A DNA stretch of 32,000 nt. It comes from Candidatus Methylomirabilis oxygeniifera. GTDB taxonomy: Bacteria; Methylomirabilota; Methylomirabilia; Methylomirabilales; Methylomirabilaceae. Position 1 is the stretch's first letter, and the number at the start of each line of letters is the position of its first letter. A program made the position numbers and the translations under genes. A model generated the notes under the pieces. It saw only the letters and a program-made list of their open reading frames with translations. It ran no database searches and had not been told where the DNA came from. The stretch is taken from NCBI GenBank assembly GCA_000091165.1, contig FP565575.1, forward strand, positions 1,620,001-1,652,000, in the 5' to 3' direction. Below are positions 1 to 8,069 of the stretch, one piece after another.

Positions 1-54
1 AACAATACAAATATGAACCATGCCTCGACAATCCGAGCAGAGGAGGGAGCTGGG

Positions 55-294
55 ATGCGTAGGACATTGTCCAAAGGGATTGCATTAGGGGCGCTGGTAC
101 TCGCGCTCACCACAGGGTGCGCCGGGATGTCGACACGCCAGCAACGTGCCTTGAGCGGCGGTGCCATCGGCGCGGCCGGCGGCGCAGCGATTGGGGCAAT
201 GGCCGGCAGCCCGACAACGGGCGCCATCGTGGGTGGCGCGGTAGGAACGGCGACAGGCGCCCTGTGGGACGATATCAAGAAATCGCTGAAGTAA
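55..294 (+). CDS. Small glycine-zipper lipoprotein (Gly-zipper/17-kDa-antigen-like)
   Basis: The ORF is 13..294. The likely start is ATG 55, preceded by GAGGAGGGAG. It has a signal peptide with lipobox LTTGC, followed by GxxxG repeats (GGAIGAAGGAAIGAMAG...GGAVGTATGAL). Confidence 0.75.
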   Translation: MRRTLSKGIALGALVLALTTGCAGMSTRQQRALSGGAIGAAGGAAIGAMAGSPTTGAIVGGAVGTATGALWDDIKKSLK

Positions 295-334
295 GCATTA
301 CGGACTGACCCCGCACCCCCGGTCGGTCAGTCGT

Positions 335-390
335 GACGGCCTCTCTGATCGGACTTCCCGTCCCGCATCAGAGAGGCCGTCTTCTTTCCT
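335..390 (+). terminator. Rho-independent terminator after the lipoprotein gene
   Basis: A perfect 15-bp inverted repeat, gacggcctctctgat (335-349) / atcagagaggccgtc (367-381), is followed by ttctttcct. Confidence 0.7.
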
Positions 391-618
391 CAATCCCCTC
401 TATCAATCCGGCCTATCTCGTCTTTCCGATCTGTTTCGTCGTTTGGTCCGGACCAAATGGACCAACTGGATGATTTTCCGTGCAAAGCGTGCCGATAAGC
501 TGAGTGAAGATCATAGGCTTTTCCGATTTGACTTATCGGATATAAGCTGCGTAGTCTTACAAAAGGTTCGTCTCGCATTGAAGACGGGATCGCATATTCA
601 GCCATCAGGAGGGTTGCC

Positions 619-1494
619 ATGGGTCGGCGGTGGACCCTTGCCGGGTTATCAGGTGTGATAGCGCTTGTAGCGTGCCTCGGACTGCTTGGCCCTGCCTGGT
701 CCGAGACGCCAAAGGTGTTGCGGGTGTCGGCCATCCCGGACGAGAATCCTACCGAGTTGATGCGGATCTACACCCCTTTCGCCGAGTATCTGAGCAAAGA
801 GCTGGGCATCCCGGTCAAATATATCCCCGTGGTGGACTACGCCGCAACCGTCGAGGCCCTGGCGGCGAAGAAACTGGACATGGTGTGGTACGGCGGGTTC
901 ACCTTTGTCCAGGCTCGAAAGCGGACAGGCAATGCGATCCCGGTGGTAAGTCGAGAGGAGGATCTGCGTTTTCACAGTAAATTTATTACCAGGCCGGACA
1001 CCGGCATCAAGACCCTGGCCGACCTGAAGGGCAAGAGCTTTTCATTCGGAAGTGTCAGTTCGACATCAGGCCATCTCATGCCGCGCTATTTCCTGCTGCA
1101 GAATGGGATTGACCCGGAAAAAGATTTTGCCACATTCAGCTTCAGCGGGGCTCACGATGCGACAGCGCTATGGGTAGAGAGCGGGAAGGTTGACGCCGGA
1201 GCTTTAAACGAAGCGGTGTGGGACAAGCTGGTTCAGGCCAAGAAGGTCGATCTCAACAAGGTGCAGGTCTTCTGGACGACGCCCCCCTATATCGACTATG
1301 TCTGGACGGTGCGAGGCGATCTGGACAGCAGTCTCGTCGAAAAGATTGCCGCAGCCTTCACCAGGCTGAACTACAGCATTCCAGCGGACAAAGCATTGAT
1401 GGACCTTCAGCGAACGAAGCGATACGTCCGCGTCAAGGCCGAGCAGTTCAAGCCCGCTGAAGAGGCGGCCATTGCTGCCGGGCTGCTTCAATAG
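619..1494 (+). CDS. phnD: Phosphonate/phosphite ABC transporter periplasmic substrate-binding protein (PhnD family)
   Basis: 291 aa with a signal peptide and a GGAGGG RBS. It resembles the PhnD family (VLRVSAIPDENP..., MVWYGGFTFVQA, SFGSVSSTSGHLMP). It is followed by phnC and phnE. Confidence 0.88.
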   Translation: MGRRWTLAGLSGVIALVACLGLLGPAWSETPKVLRVSAIPDENPTELMRIYTPFAEYLSKELGIPVKYIPVVDYAATVEALAAKKLDMVWYGGFTFVQARKRTGNAIPVVSREEDLRFHSKFITRPDTGIKTLADLKGKSFSFGSVSSTSGHLMPRYFLLQNGIDPEKDFATFSFSGAHDATALWVESGKVDAGALNEAVWDKLVQAKKVDLNKVQVFWTTPPYIDYVWTVRGDLDSSLVEKIAAAFTRLNYSIPADKALMDLQRTKRYVRVKAEQFKPAEEAAIAAGLLQ

Positions 1495-1508
1495 CGCCCT
1501 CCGAACCG

Positions 1509-2327
1509 ATGTACATACTCGATCGCGTCTCGAAGGTATTCGCCGGTCGGACGATCGCCGTGCACGAGCTTGATCTGAAGGTCCGAAAGGGCGAGCGGGT
1601 GGCGTTCATCGGCCCGAGTGGAGCCGGCAAGACCACGCTGTTCCGAATGTTGAATCTGACCATTCCCCCAACCTCCGGGACCCTTCTGTTCGACGGACTG
1701 GATGTCGGTTGCTTCTCAGGACGGCGGTTGCGAGAGGTTCGATGTCGAATCGGAACGATCTACCAGCAACACAACCTCGTCCCTCGCCTGCAGGTCGTTC
1801 ATAATGTACTTTCAGGCAAACTTGGTGCCTGGTCCATCTGGCAGGCCGCGCGCTCGCTGATCCGGCCGACCGAGATCGAGCTTGCCTCTGAGGCACTCAC
1901 GCAGGTCGGCATTTCCGACAAACTGTACGAGCGGACCGAAACATTATCGGGCGGCCAACAGCAGCGCGTGGCGATCGCCCGGACGCTGGTACAAAATCCG
2001 GAGGTGATCCTGGCCGATGAGCCGGTTTCTTCAGTCGATCCTGCGTTGGCCACCGGGATCGTTAAGCTATTGATCGAGCTCAGCCAGACCACTCGCAAAA
2101 CCCTGATCATGAACCTCCACAGCGTGGATCTGGCACTGGCCCACTTCCCCAGAGTGATCGGGCTCAAGGAAGGAAAGATCCTGTTCGACCTGCCGGCCCC
2201 GGCGGTGACAGACGACCATCTGGCAGCCCTCTATGCCGGGAATCAGACCCCACCAGCCGAAGAGGAGGCCCCCAGCCGTGCAGCGCAACGATCCCTCTAC
2301 TCCTGCCAGCCTCACCTTACCAACTAG
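1509..2327 (+). CDS. phnC: Phosphonate ABC transporter ATP-binding protein
   Basis: Walker A GPSGAGKTT, ABC signature LSGGQQQRVAIARTL, Walker B ILADEP. It sits in the phnD-C-E order. Confidence 0.92.
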   Translation: MYILDRVSKVFAGRTIAVHELDLKVRKGERVAFIGPSGAGKTTLFRMLNLTIPPTSGTLLFDGLDVGCFSGRRLREVRCRIGTIYQQHNLVPRLQVVHNVLSGKLGAWSIWQAARSLIRPTEIELASEALTQVGISDKLYERTETLSGGQQQRVAIARTLVQNPEVILADEPVSSVDPALATGIVKLLIELSQTTRKTLIMNLHSVDLALAHFPRVIGLKEGKILFDLPAPAVTDDHLAALYAGNQTPPAEEEAPSRAAQRSLYSCQPHLTN

Positions 2328-3165
2328 GCGCTTCTCCAATCTTCAGATTGCCTGTTCCGCCCTGTTCGTCCTGACGTTTCTGGGAAGCTACAGGCTTGCC
2401 CAGGTGAAGCCGCTTTTGCTCTTCGAATCTGAGGGACGCCGGAACATCTGGAAGTTCGTGACCGGCATGTTCCCGCCGGACCTGTCCTGGAACTTCCTGA
2501 GTCTGCTGGGTCGCCCGATCCTGGAAACCTTTCAGATCTCCCTGATGGGAACCTTCATTGCCGTAGTCATCAGCTTCCCTCTTGGCCTCCTGGCGACAAG
2601 TTCGCTGACCTTTACAGGCATTCTGAACGAACGAGAGCTGGCCGGCTCTCGCCATCGCGCAATCCTCCGAAAGGGATCGTATCTGCTGGCCAGGGCGGTC
2701 CTCAGCCTGTTTCGGACCATTCCTGAATTCGTGTGGGCCTTCATGTTTGTCCGAGCCGTCGGGCTGGGACCGTTTCCCGGTGTCCTGGCGATCGGGATCG
2801 CCTATGCGGGAATGCTCGGGAAGGTCTACTCGGAGATCCTGGAGCATGTAAATCCAGGACCGTTGGAAGCGCTCCAGGCGACTGGCGCCTCTCGGCTCAC
2901 CATCCTCCTGTACGGCCTGTTGCCACAAGCCTTACCGAACCTGGTCTCCTACACCCTCTATCGTTGGGAATGCGCCATTCGGGCATCCGCGATTTTGGGT
3001 TTCGTAGGCGCGGGGGGAATCGGCCAGCAGCTTGAGATCTCGATGCGGATGTTTCAGTTTGACCAGGTCATGACCCTAATCGCGATCCTGTTCGTGATGG
3101 TGGTAGGGGTTGATACTTTGAGCGCGAGGGTGAGAAGTATCATCCTCAGTCGATCGAGCGTCTAA
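2278..3165 (+). CDS. phnE: Phosphonate ABC transporter permease PhnE (copy 1)
   Basis: The ORF is open from 2233. GTG 2278 lies 9 nt after GAGGAGG (2262-2268), so I prefer it as the start. It has multiple TM segments and the PhnE-type EAA loop LEALQATGASRLTILLYGLLPQALP. The start is uncertain. Confidence 0.82.
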   Translation: MQRNDPSTPASLTLPTRRFSNLQIACSALFVLTFLGSYRLAQVKPLLLFESEGRRNIWKFVTGMFPPDLSWNFLSLLGRPILETFQISLMGTFIAVVISFPLGLLATSSLTFTGILNERELAGSRHRAILRKGSYLLARAVLSLFRTIPEFVWAFMFVRAVGLGPFPGVLAIGIAYAGMLGKVYSEILEHVNPGPLEALQATGASRLTILLYGLLPQALPNLVSYTLYRWECAIRASAILGFVGAGGIGQQLEISMRMFQFDQVMTLIAILFVMVVGVDTLSARVRSIILSRSSV

Positions 3166-4038
3166 TGGCAGAGATTCCTACGCATAGGGTGAGACCGGCA
3201 TCAGCACAGGAGCGCAATCCTCTCTCCGCCCGCAACCTGACGATCCTGGCGGGCTTTCTCGCCCTCATGGTCTGGAGCTATGTGGGAACGGAGTTCTCGC
3301 TGCGCGAACTGCTGGGCGGTGAGAGCGCAGCCCAGATCCTGACCTATGCCAAGAAGCTCTTTCCGCCTGACCTTTCTCCGGACTTCCTGCTCAAGACCGG
3401 CTACTGGGCACTCGAGACCTTCGCCATGTCGTTTCTCGGGACGATCCTGGCGGTCGTGATCGCCTTCGGCCTGGTCTTTTTCTCCAGTCGTAATCTGATG
3501 TTCACCGGGCTGATGTTTGAGATGGAGCGGCGCCGTCCGTGGATTCGAGCGCTCCGCACCACCCTGTACCTCAGCGCCAAGGCCGCCCTCAACCTCCTCC
3601 GGACCGTCCCTCACCTGGTCTGGGCGCTGATCCTGGTTTTTGCGGTCGGCCTCGGCCCGTTCCCAGGGATGCTCGCCCTGGGGATTCACACGGGCGGAGT
3701 CCTGGGCAGGCTGTTTGGGGAGGTGATGGAGAACGTCGAGACCCAACCGATTGAGGCGTTGCAGGCGACCGGCGCCAGCCGATTGCAGATCCTGCTCTAC
3801 GGCATCCTCCCCCAGGTCCTACCGGAGTTTGTCGCCTACACGTTGTACCGATGGGAGGTAAACATCCGGGAGGCAATTATCCTGGGCTACGTCGGGGCGG
3901 GGGGGCGTCGGTCAGCAGATTCAGATCGCTATCAGTCTCTTCCTGGAGCACCGGCTACTCACGCTCATCATCGCGATCTACCTGATCGTCGCGATTGTGG
4001 ATGCCCTCAGCGCCTATCTGAGAAGCCGCCTGGTCTGA
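3165..4038 (+). pseudogene. phnE: Phosphonate ABC permease PhnE (copy 2), reading frame broken by one extra G in a G7 homopolymer (3899-3905)
   Basis: The start ATG overlaps the copy-1 stop (TAATG). Up to GYVGAGG the protein parallels copy 1. After the G7 run the annotated frame reads a Pro/Arg-rich tail. The +1 frame instead reads VGQQIQIAISLFLEHRLLTLIIAIYLIVAIVDALSAYLRSRLV*, ending at TGA 4036-4038. That matches copy 1's IGQQLEISMRMFQFDQVMTLIAILFVMVVGVDTLSARV. Confidence 0.8.
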
Positions 4039-4110
4039 TCCTCGGCCTACCGCCGCGCAAGACCGCCGAGACCCCCCAGCCGGAAATCACCGTGTCGTCA
4101 AGCGCGGTGG

Positions 4111-4677
4111 CTACACCCGGTCCAGCGGGCAATGAGGCGGAGGAGGCAACTCGACCTTCACCACATCTCCCGGCCGTACTACCCCGCCGGTCCGCACTAT
4201 CCCCATGATGCCGGCCTTTCGGATCAGTCGCCCGGACTCGTCCCGGCCCAGCACCGCTGCCATCAGTCCAGGCCGGAAAGCATCGAGCTGGGCGCATGGG
4301 GTGCGTAACCCGGTGACCTCGACAACCGCCTCCTGGCCGAGTCGAAGCAGGGTACCGGTCGGCAGGGCGAGCAGGTCGATGCCGCGGGTGGCAATATTTT
4401 CGCCCATCTGCCCGGGGGACACGTCGAATCCCGCGGCCCGCAGTTCGTCGTGCAGTTCGGTATGGATCAGGTGGACCTGCCTCAGGTTCGGCTCGGTTGG
4501 GTCGACCGCCACCCGCGAGCGGTGTTTGACCGTTCGTCCGAGGTGGGCGTCGCCTTCCACGCCGAGGCCTTCAAGCAGGCGAATGGCGTCCAACGGCGGC
4601 TTGCCGAACGAGTGCGTCGAACTGCAGCACACCGCCACTACTTCACACATCGGTCGGCTCTCACCGTCCGACATCAC
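4111..4677 (-). CDS. MOSC domain-containing protein (YiiM-like)
   Basis: 188 aa. It shows the typical MOSC pattern: LEGLGVEGDAH..., GENIATRGIDLLALPTGTLLRLGQEAVVEVTGLRTPCAQLD. Confidence 0.82.
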   Translation of the reverse strand: MMSDGESRPMCEVVAVCCSSTHSFGKPPLDAIRLLEGLGVEGDAHLGRTVKHRSRVAVDPTEPNLRQVHLIHTELHDELRAAGFDVSPGQMGENIATRGIDLLALPTGTLLRLGQEAVVEVTGLRTPCAQLDAFRPGLMAAVLGRDESGRLIRKAGIMGIVRTGGVVRPGDVVKVELPPPPHCPLDRV

Positions 4678-4696
4678 AGTTCACTGGTATCAGGAG

Positions 4697-5227
4697 CTAT
4701 TTCTTTTCCTCCGGCGGACAGTTAAATTCGAAGATATGAAGGTTCCCGCCGTTCCATTGTGTCACCTTTGCGCTTCCCGCACCCTCCGGCTTTTCGGGGC
4801 GGAGAGGATGGCCTTTACCAAACTCAACGGTCGGCGTCTCGGACAGCAGCACAAGTTGTCTGTCGTTGGCCCGGACCTGAAAGGTGGCTTTCCAACTGCT
4901 GTCACCCATTTTTTCGACGCGCAATTTCAGTTTAGGGCAGTCGTCGGTTGTAATGGGAACAATGATCTTGGCTCCGCCCCAGGGCGCCCTCTTGTAATTA
5001 TATGAGTTCTCTTTGAGTTGCCAGTTGCCGAAGTGCCAGCCGGAATCGTAGACGACGATCTTATCGTCCTTCAGTACCTGAAAATTGATCGGTTCGCCTT
5101 TGTCTTTGGCATCGTCCTTGGTATTGATTTCAAAAATCAAATCCGCGATGTTCGTCGCTAAAGCCGCCTGAAACGAGCCCAGCAGAAGAACGCCAGCAAC
5201 AGCACCTATGGTCATATATTTCAGCAT
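4697..5227 (-). CDS. Secreted hypothetical protein (beta-rich, two Cys), no recognisable family
   Basis: The ORF extends to 5266. ATG 5227 follows a GAGGAG RBS and gives the signal peptide MLKYMTIGAVAGVLLLGSFQAALA. The gene is visibly more A/T-rich than its neighbours (judged by eye, not computed). Confidence 0.7.
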   Translation of the reverse strand: MLKYMTIGAVAGVLLLGSFQAALATNIADLIFEINTKDDAKDKGEPINFQVLKDDKIVVYDSGWHFGNWQLKENSYNYKRAPWGGAKIIVPITTDDCPKLKLRVEKMGDSSWKATFQVRANDRQLVLLSETPTVEFGKGHPLRPEKPEGAGSAKVTQWNGGNLHIFEFNCPPEEKK

Positions 5228-5283
5228 CGTCGCTCGCTCCTCGTTGAAAGTATAACAGCCCGGCAACTTGATACCTTGGTGAT

Positions 5284-5309
5284 GCGAAAACTCGGGTCTC
5301 CTGAGACCC
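5284..5309 (-). terminator. Rho-independent terminator downstream of qNor (minus strand)
   Basis: On the minus strand the sequence reads GGGTCTC-AG-GAGACCC followed by GAGTTTTCG. It lies between the qNor stop (5578) and the next minus-strand gene. Confidence 0.6.
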
Positions 5310-5577
5310 TCGAACTACCTACGTGGCGGCCCGCATGGTCGACGGCAGATGTCAGGCCGGTCCGCCGAACTTCTCGATCATCCCCTTTTTGTTGAGAACC
5401 ACCTATCGTTCCGGCTCGTTATGAATGTTCCAATGGCACCTCTCTCCAAGACCGCTGTCGTCCAGGATCGTTCGATGGCCGAAGTCATGCGCGTCGAGTC
5501 TAACGACTGCGGCGATTCTGCTGTCTTCTTGGACACTTGTCAAGTCCGCTCGACAGTGATCGATGTCTGGAGTCGTC

Positions 5578-7770
5578 TCATGATTGACGTCTGCCATTCG
5601 CGTGGATGAATCTCCAGGTCAGGAGCGCCGCCAGCGCCATCGGAACCGCACCGAATGTGATAAATACAGCATCACCCGGAAGGCGCAGCCATTCGAGCAG
5701 ACGCACGAACGGTTGATCCATAAACTCCGGACCGCGCGCATGCCAGTAGCCGTTCGTCAATACATCCCAGAGTTGCAAGACACCGCCGGGGAAGAGGCTG
5801 AGTATCACCATCAGCGCCAAGCCGATGTTCAATCCCCAAAACGAGACGCGCACATACTTTTCCACGTGCTGCCACTGCCGGTCGTCCAGCACCTGCCGGA
5901 ACGCCAGCACCATCAGCGCCAACGCCAGCATCCCGAACACCCCCATCATCGCTGTATGCCCATGATTCGATGTCAGGATCGTGCCAACCTCGTAGAAACT
6001 GACGACCGGCAGGTTGATGAGAAAACCAAACACCCCTGCGCCGACGAAATTCCAGAAGCCGACCGCCATCAGGAAGTAGAACAACCACTTATGCGGTACC
6101 GCCACCGGCAGCTCGCACGCGTCACACTCGCTCTGAGTCAGCTTGATAAAGTCCCATGCATCCAATGTCAGCAACGTCAGCGGCACAACCTCCATGGCCG
6201 AGAACACGGCCGACAGGGCCATCGTGATGGTCGTCTGACCGGTCCAATACCAATGATGTCCGGTACCGATAATGCCGCTGCCGAGGTACAGGATCGCGTC
6301 AAGATAGATGACTCGCTCCACGTTCGCGTGCGACATGACGCCCAACTGGAAGAAGATCAGCGCCACCATCACCGTCACGAATAACTCCAGAAATCCTTCG
6401 ACCCAGAGGTGGACGATCCAGAACCGCCAGTTATCCACCACCGATAGGTGTGTGGTGCTGCCGAAGAACATGGCCGGTAGGTAAAAGAGCGGAATCGCAA
6501 GGGCCGCATACTGAAACAGCCATACGATCTGGCGCTGCTTCGGGTTGTCCCTCGCCGGCGCCATAGCGCGCACCAACAATATCAGCCACAGTACCAGCCC
6601 AATCACCAGCAGAACCTGCCATGCCCGCCCCAGATCCAGATACTCCCAGCCTTGATGCCCAAACCAGAACCAGAGCGGGCCGAACACCTGATTCACCCCC
6701 AGCCACTCACCTAACGAACTGCCGACGACGACCACCACCAGTGCGACACACAACAGGTTGATGCCCGGAACCTGCCCGCGCACCTCCCGGTTGCCCAGTC
6801 CCGCCGCCAGGAATAGTCCGCCCGCAACATAGGCGGTCGCGATCCAGAAGATCGCCAACTGCAAATGCCATGTCCGCATAATGTGGCTCGGCGCGACTTC
6901 CGCCAGGTCCAGACCATAGAACTTGCCCGGCTCAGCCCGGTAATGCGCGACTGCGGCGCCGACAATCACCTGCACCACAAACAGCAGCGCCACCATCGCA
7001 AAGAGCTTGATCGTCGCCCGCTGGCTATCCGAGGCCACACCCGGCAACATCATCGGATGCACATGCCCGCTCCGGCCCTTCCAACCAAGGAAATCAAACT
7101 TGCCGAACGCGACCAGCACCCCAGCGATCCCCGCCAACAGCGTGATCAGGCTCAGCGCGCTCCACAGAATCGCGTCGGCCGTGAGCGTATTCCCGGCCAG
7201 CGGTTCGTATGGAAAGTTGTTCGTGTACGAGTAGGGCTTGTCGGGTCGATTCGCCACGGACGCCCATGCCGTCCACGCGAAGAAGGCCGTAAGCTGTCGC
7301 AACTCCTTGGGGTCAGTGATATATCCGGCCGGCAGCCCTACGCTGCCCATCGGCTCGGCGAAGTACGCCGTCCACCTCGCCACCTGCCGCTCGAATGTCG
7401 CCGTCTCCACCTCCGTAAACGTCAGTATCCCTGTGTGCGGGTCATAGCGATTCTGCTTCAACGCAGGCCCTGCCGCCACCGCCAAGGCGTGCAGATACTC
7501 CGCCGAAAAATCCGGTCCTAGATACGCGCCATGTCCCCAGACGGACCCGTTTTCCATCAGGCCGTACTTCAGGAAGACCTCCTGACCGATTCGGATCTCT
7601 TCGGCCGTCATGACGGTCACGCCGCCAGGGCCGATCACCTTGTCCGGTATCGGCGGCGCAAATTGATAGGTCCGCACCGCCAGCCAAATCAATACGGCTA
7701 ACCCACATATCATTGTGATGGCAAGCGAATACCGCCACCAGGGGGACAGACCATTAGGGCTTGCCCTCAT
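5578..7770 (-). CDS. norZ: Quinol-dependent nitric-oxide reductase (qNor, single-subunit NorB-type heme-copper oxidase)
   Basis: 730 aa with an N-terminal TM segment, a periplasmic extension and a 12-TM NorB core. The canonical motifs are intact: IVHLWVEGFLELF, GTGHHWYW, MEVVPL, SNHGHTAMMG. Confidence 0.9.
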   Translation of the reverse strand: MRASPNGLSPWWRYSLAITMICGLAVLIWLAVRTYQFAPPIPDKVIGPGGVTVMTAEEIRIGQEVFLKYGLMENGSVWGHGAYLGPDFSAEYLHALAVAAGPALKQNRYDPHTGILTFTEVETATFERQVARWTAYFAEPMGSVGLPAGYITDPKELRQLTAFFAWTAWASVANRPDKPYSYTNNFPYEPLAGNTLTADAILWSALSLITLLAGIAGVLVAFGKFDFLGWKGRSGHVHPMMLPGVASDSQRATIKLFAMVALLFVVQVIVGAAVAHYRAEPGKFYGLDLAEVAPSHIMRTWHLQLAIFWIATAYVAGGLFLAAGLGNREVRGQVPGINLLCVALVVVVVGSSLGEWLGVNQVFGPLWFWFGHQGWEYLDLGRAWQVLLVIGLVLWLILLVRAMAPARDNPKQRQIVWLFQYAALAIPLFYLPAMFFGSTTHLSVVDNWRFWIVHLWVEGFLELFVTVMVALIFFQLGVMSHANVERVIYLDAILYLGSGIIGTGHHWYWTGQTTITMALSAVFSAMEVVPLTLLTLDAWDFIKLTQSECDACELPVAVPHKWLFYFLMAVGFWNFVGAGVFGFLINLPVVSFYEVGTILTSNHGHTAMMGVFGMLALALMVLAFRQVLDDRQWQHVEKYVRVSFWGLNIGLALMVILSLFPGGVLQLWDVLTNGYWHARGPEFMDQPFVRLLEWLRLPGDAVFITFGAVPMALAALLTWRFIHANGRRQS

Positions 7771-7874
7771 TCATCGCTCCTTTGACTCATGTTGTGGACG
7801 CACGGCACCGCGTCATCCAGCGGCCTACCTGCGGCGACAATGGACAGTACCATATTCATTCCCAATAACACACA

Positions 7875-7900
7875 ACCCGCCGCGAGGTGGAGCGGCGGGT
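7875..7900 (-). terminator. Candidate terminator hairpin between the 8070..9245 gene and qNor
   Basis: A 9-bp perfect stem, acccgccgc / gcggcgggt, has an 8-nt loop. On the minus strand it is followed by tgtgtgttatt. It lies about 170 nt past the stop, so the call is tentative. Confidence 0.35.
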
Positions 7901-8069
7901 TTACAGCCATCATCCCATCCATTGAGGCTACCGCCTTCGAATCTCACGCACGATGTGAACGATTTCATCTGCGGTCATATCTAAGTCAACTCCCTCAACA
8001 TCAAGTGGTGATTCAGGCTTCGAGACCGGCGCGATCATGAATGCCGATCCGTCTTTCCGTTTCACTCAA

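Noticed and set aside
390-734. Minus-strand 114-aa ORF across the phnD leader and start
   Set aside because: It overlaps the phnD start antisense. It has no RBS or family signature and spans a structured intergenic region.
3165-4208. The 347-aa ORF in the track taken as a single intact protein
   Set aside because: Its last ~100 residues are Pro/Arg-rich read-through after a G7 run. The +1 frame restores a conserved PhnE C-terminus ending at 4038.
5578-7770. Possibility that the qNor-like gene is an NO-dismutase (Nod)-type variant
   Set aside because: The FeB and heme ligand motifs (HLWVEG, GHHWYW, EVVPL, NHGH) are all canonical. I see none of the His-to-Asn or Glu substitutions reported for Nod-type proteins. 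A full alignment is still needed for the quinol site.
4111-7770. qNor, the secreted protein and MOSC as a single operon
   Set aside because: A strong intrinsic terminator (5284-5309) and a promoter-like element separate qNor from the two downstream genes.
7954-7970. CRP/FNR/DNR-like site (TGTGAacgattTCATC) upstream of qNor
   Set aside because: Only one half-site is convincing, and it lies about 185 nt from the start codon. This is insufficient evidence.
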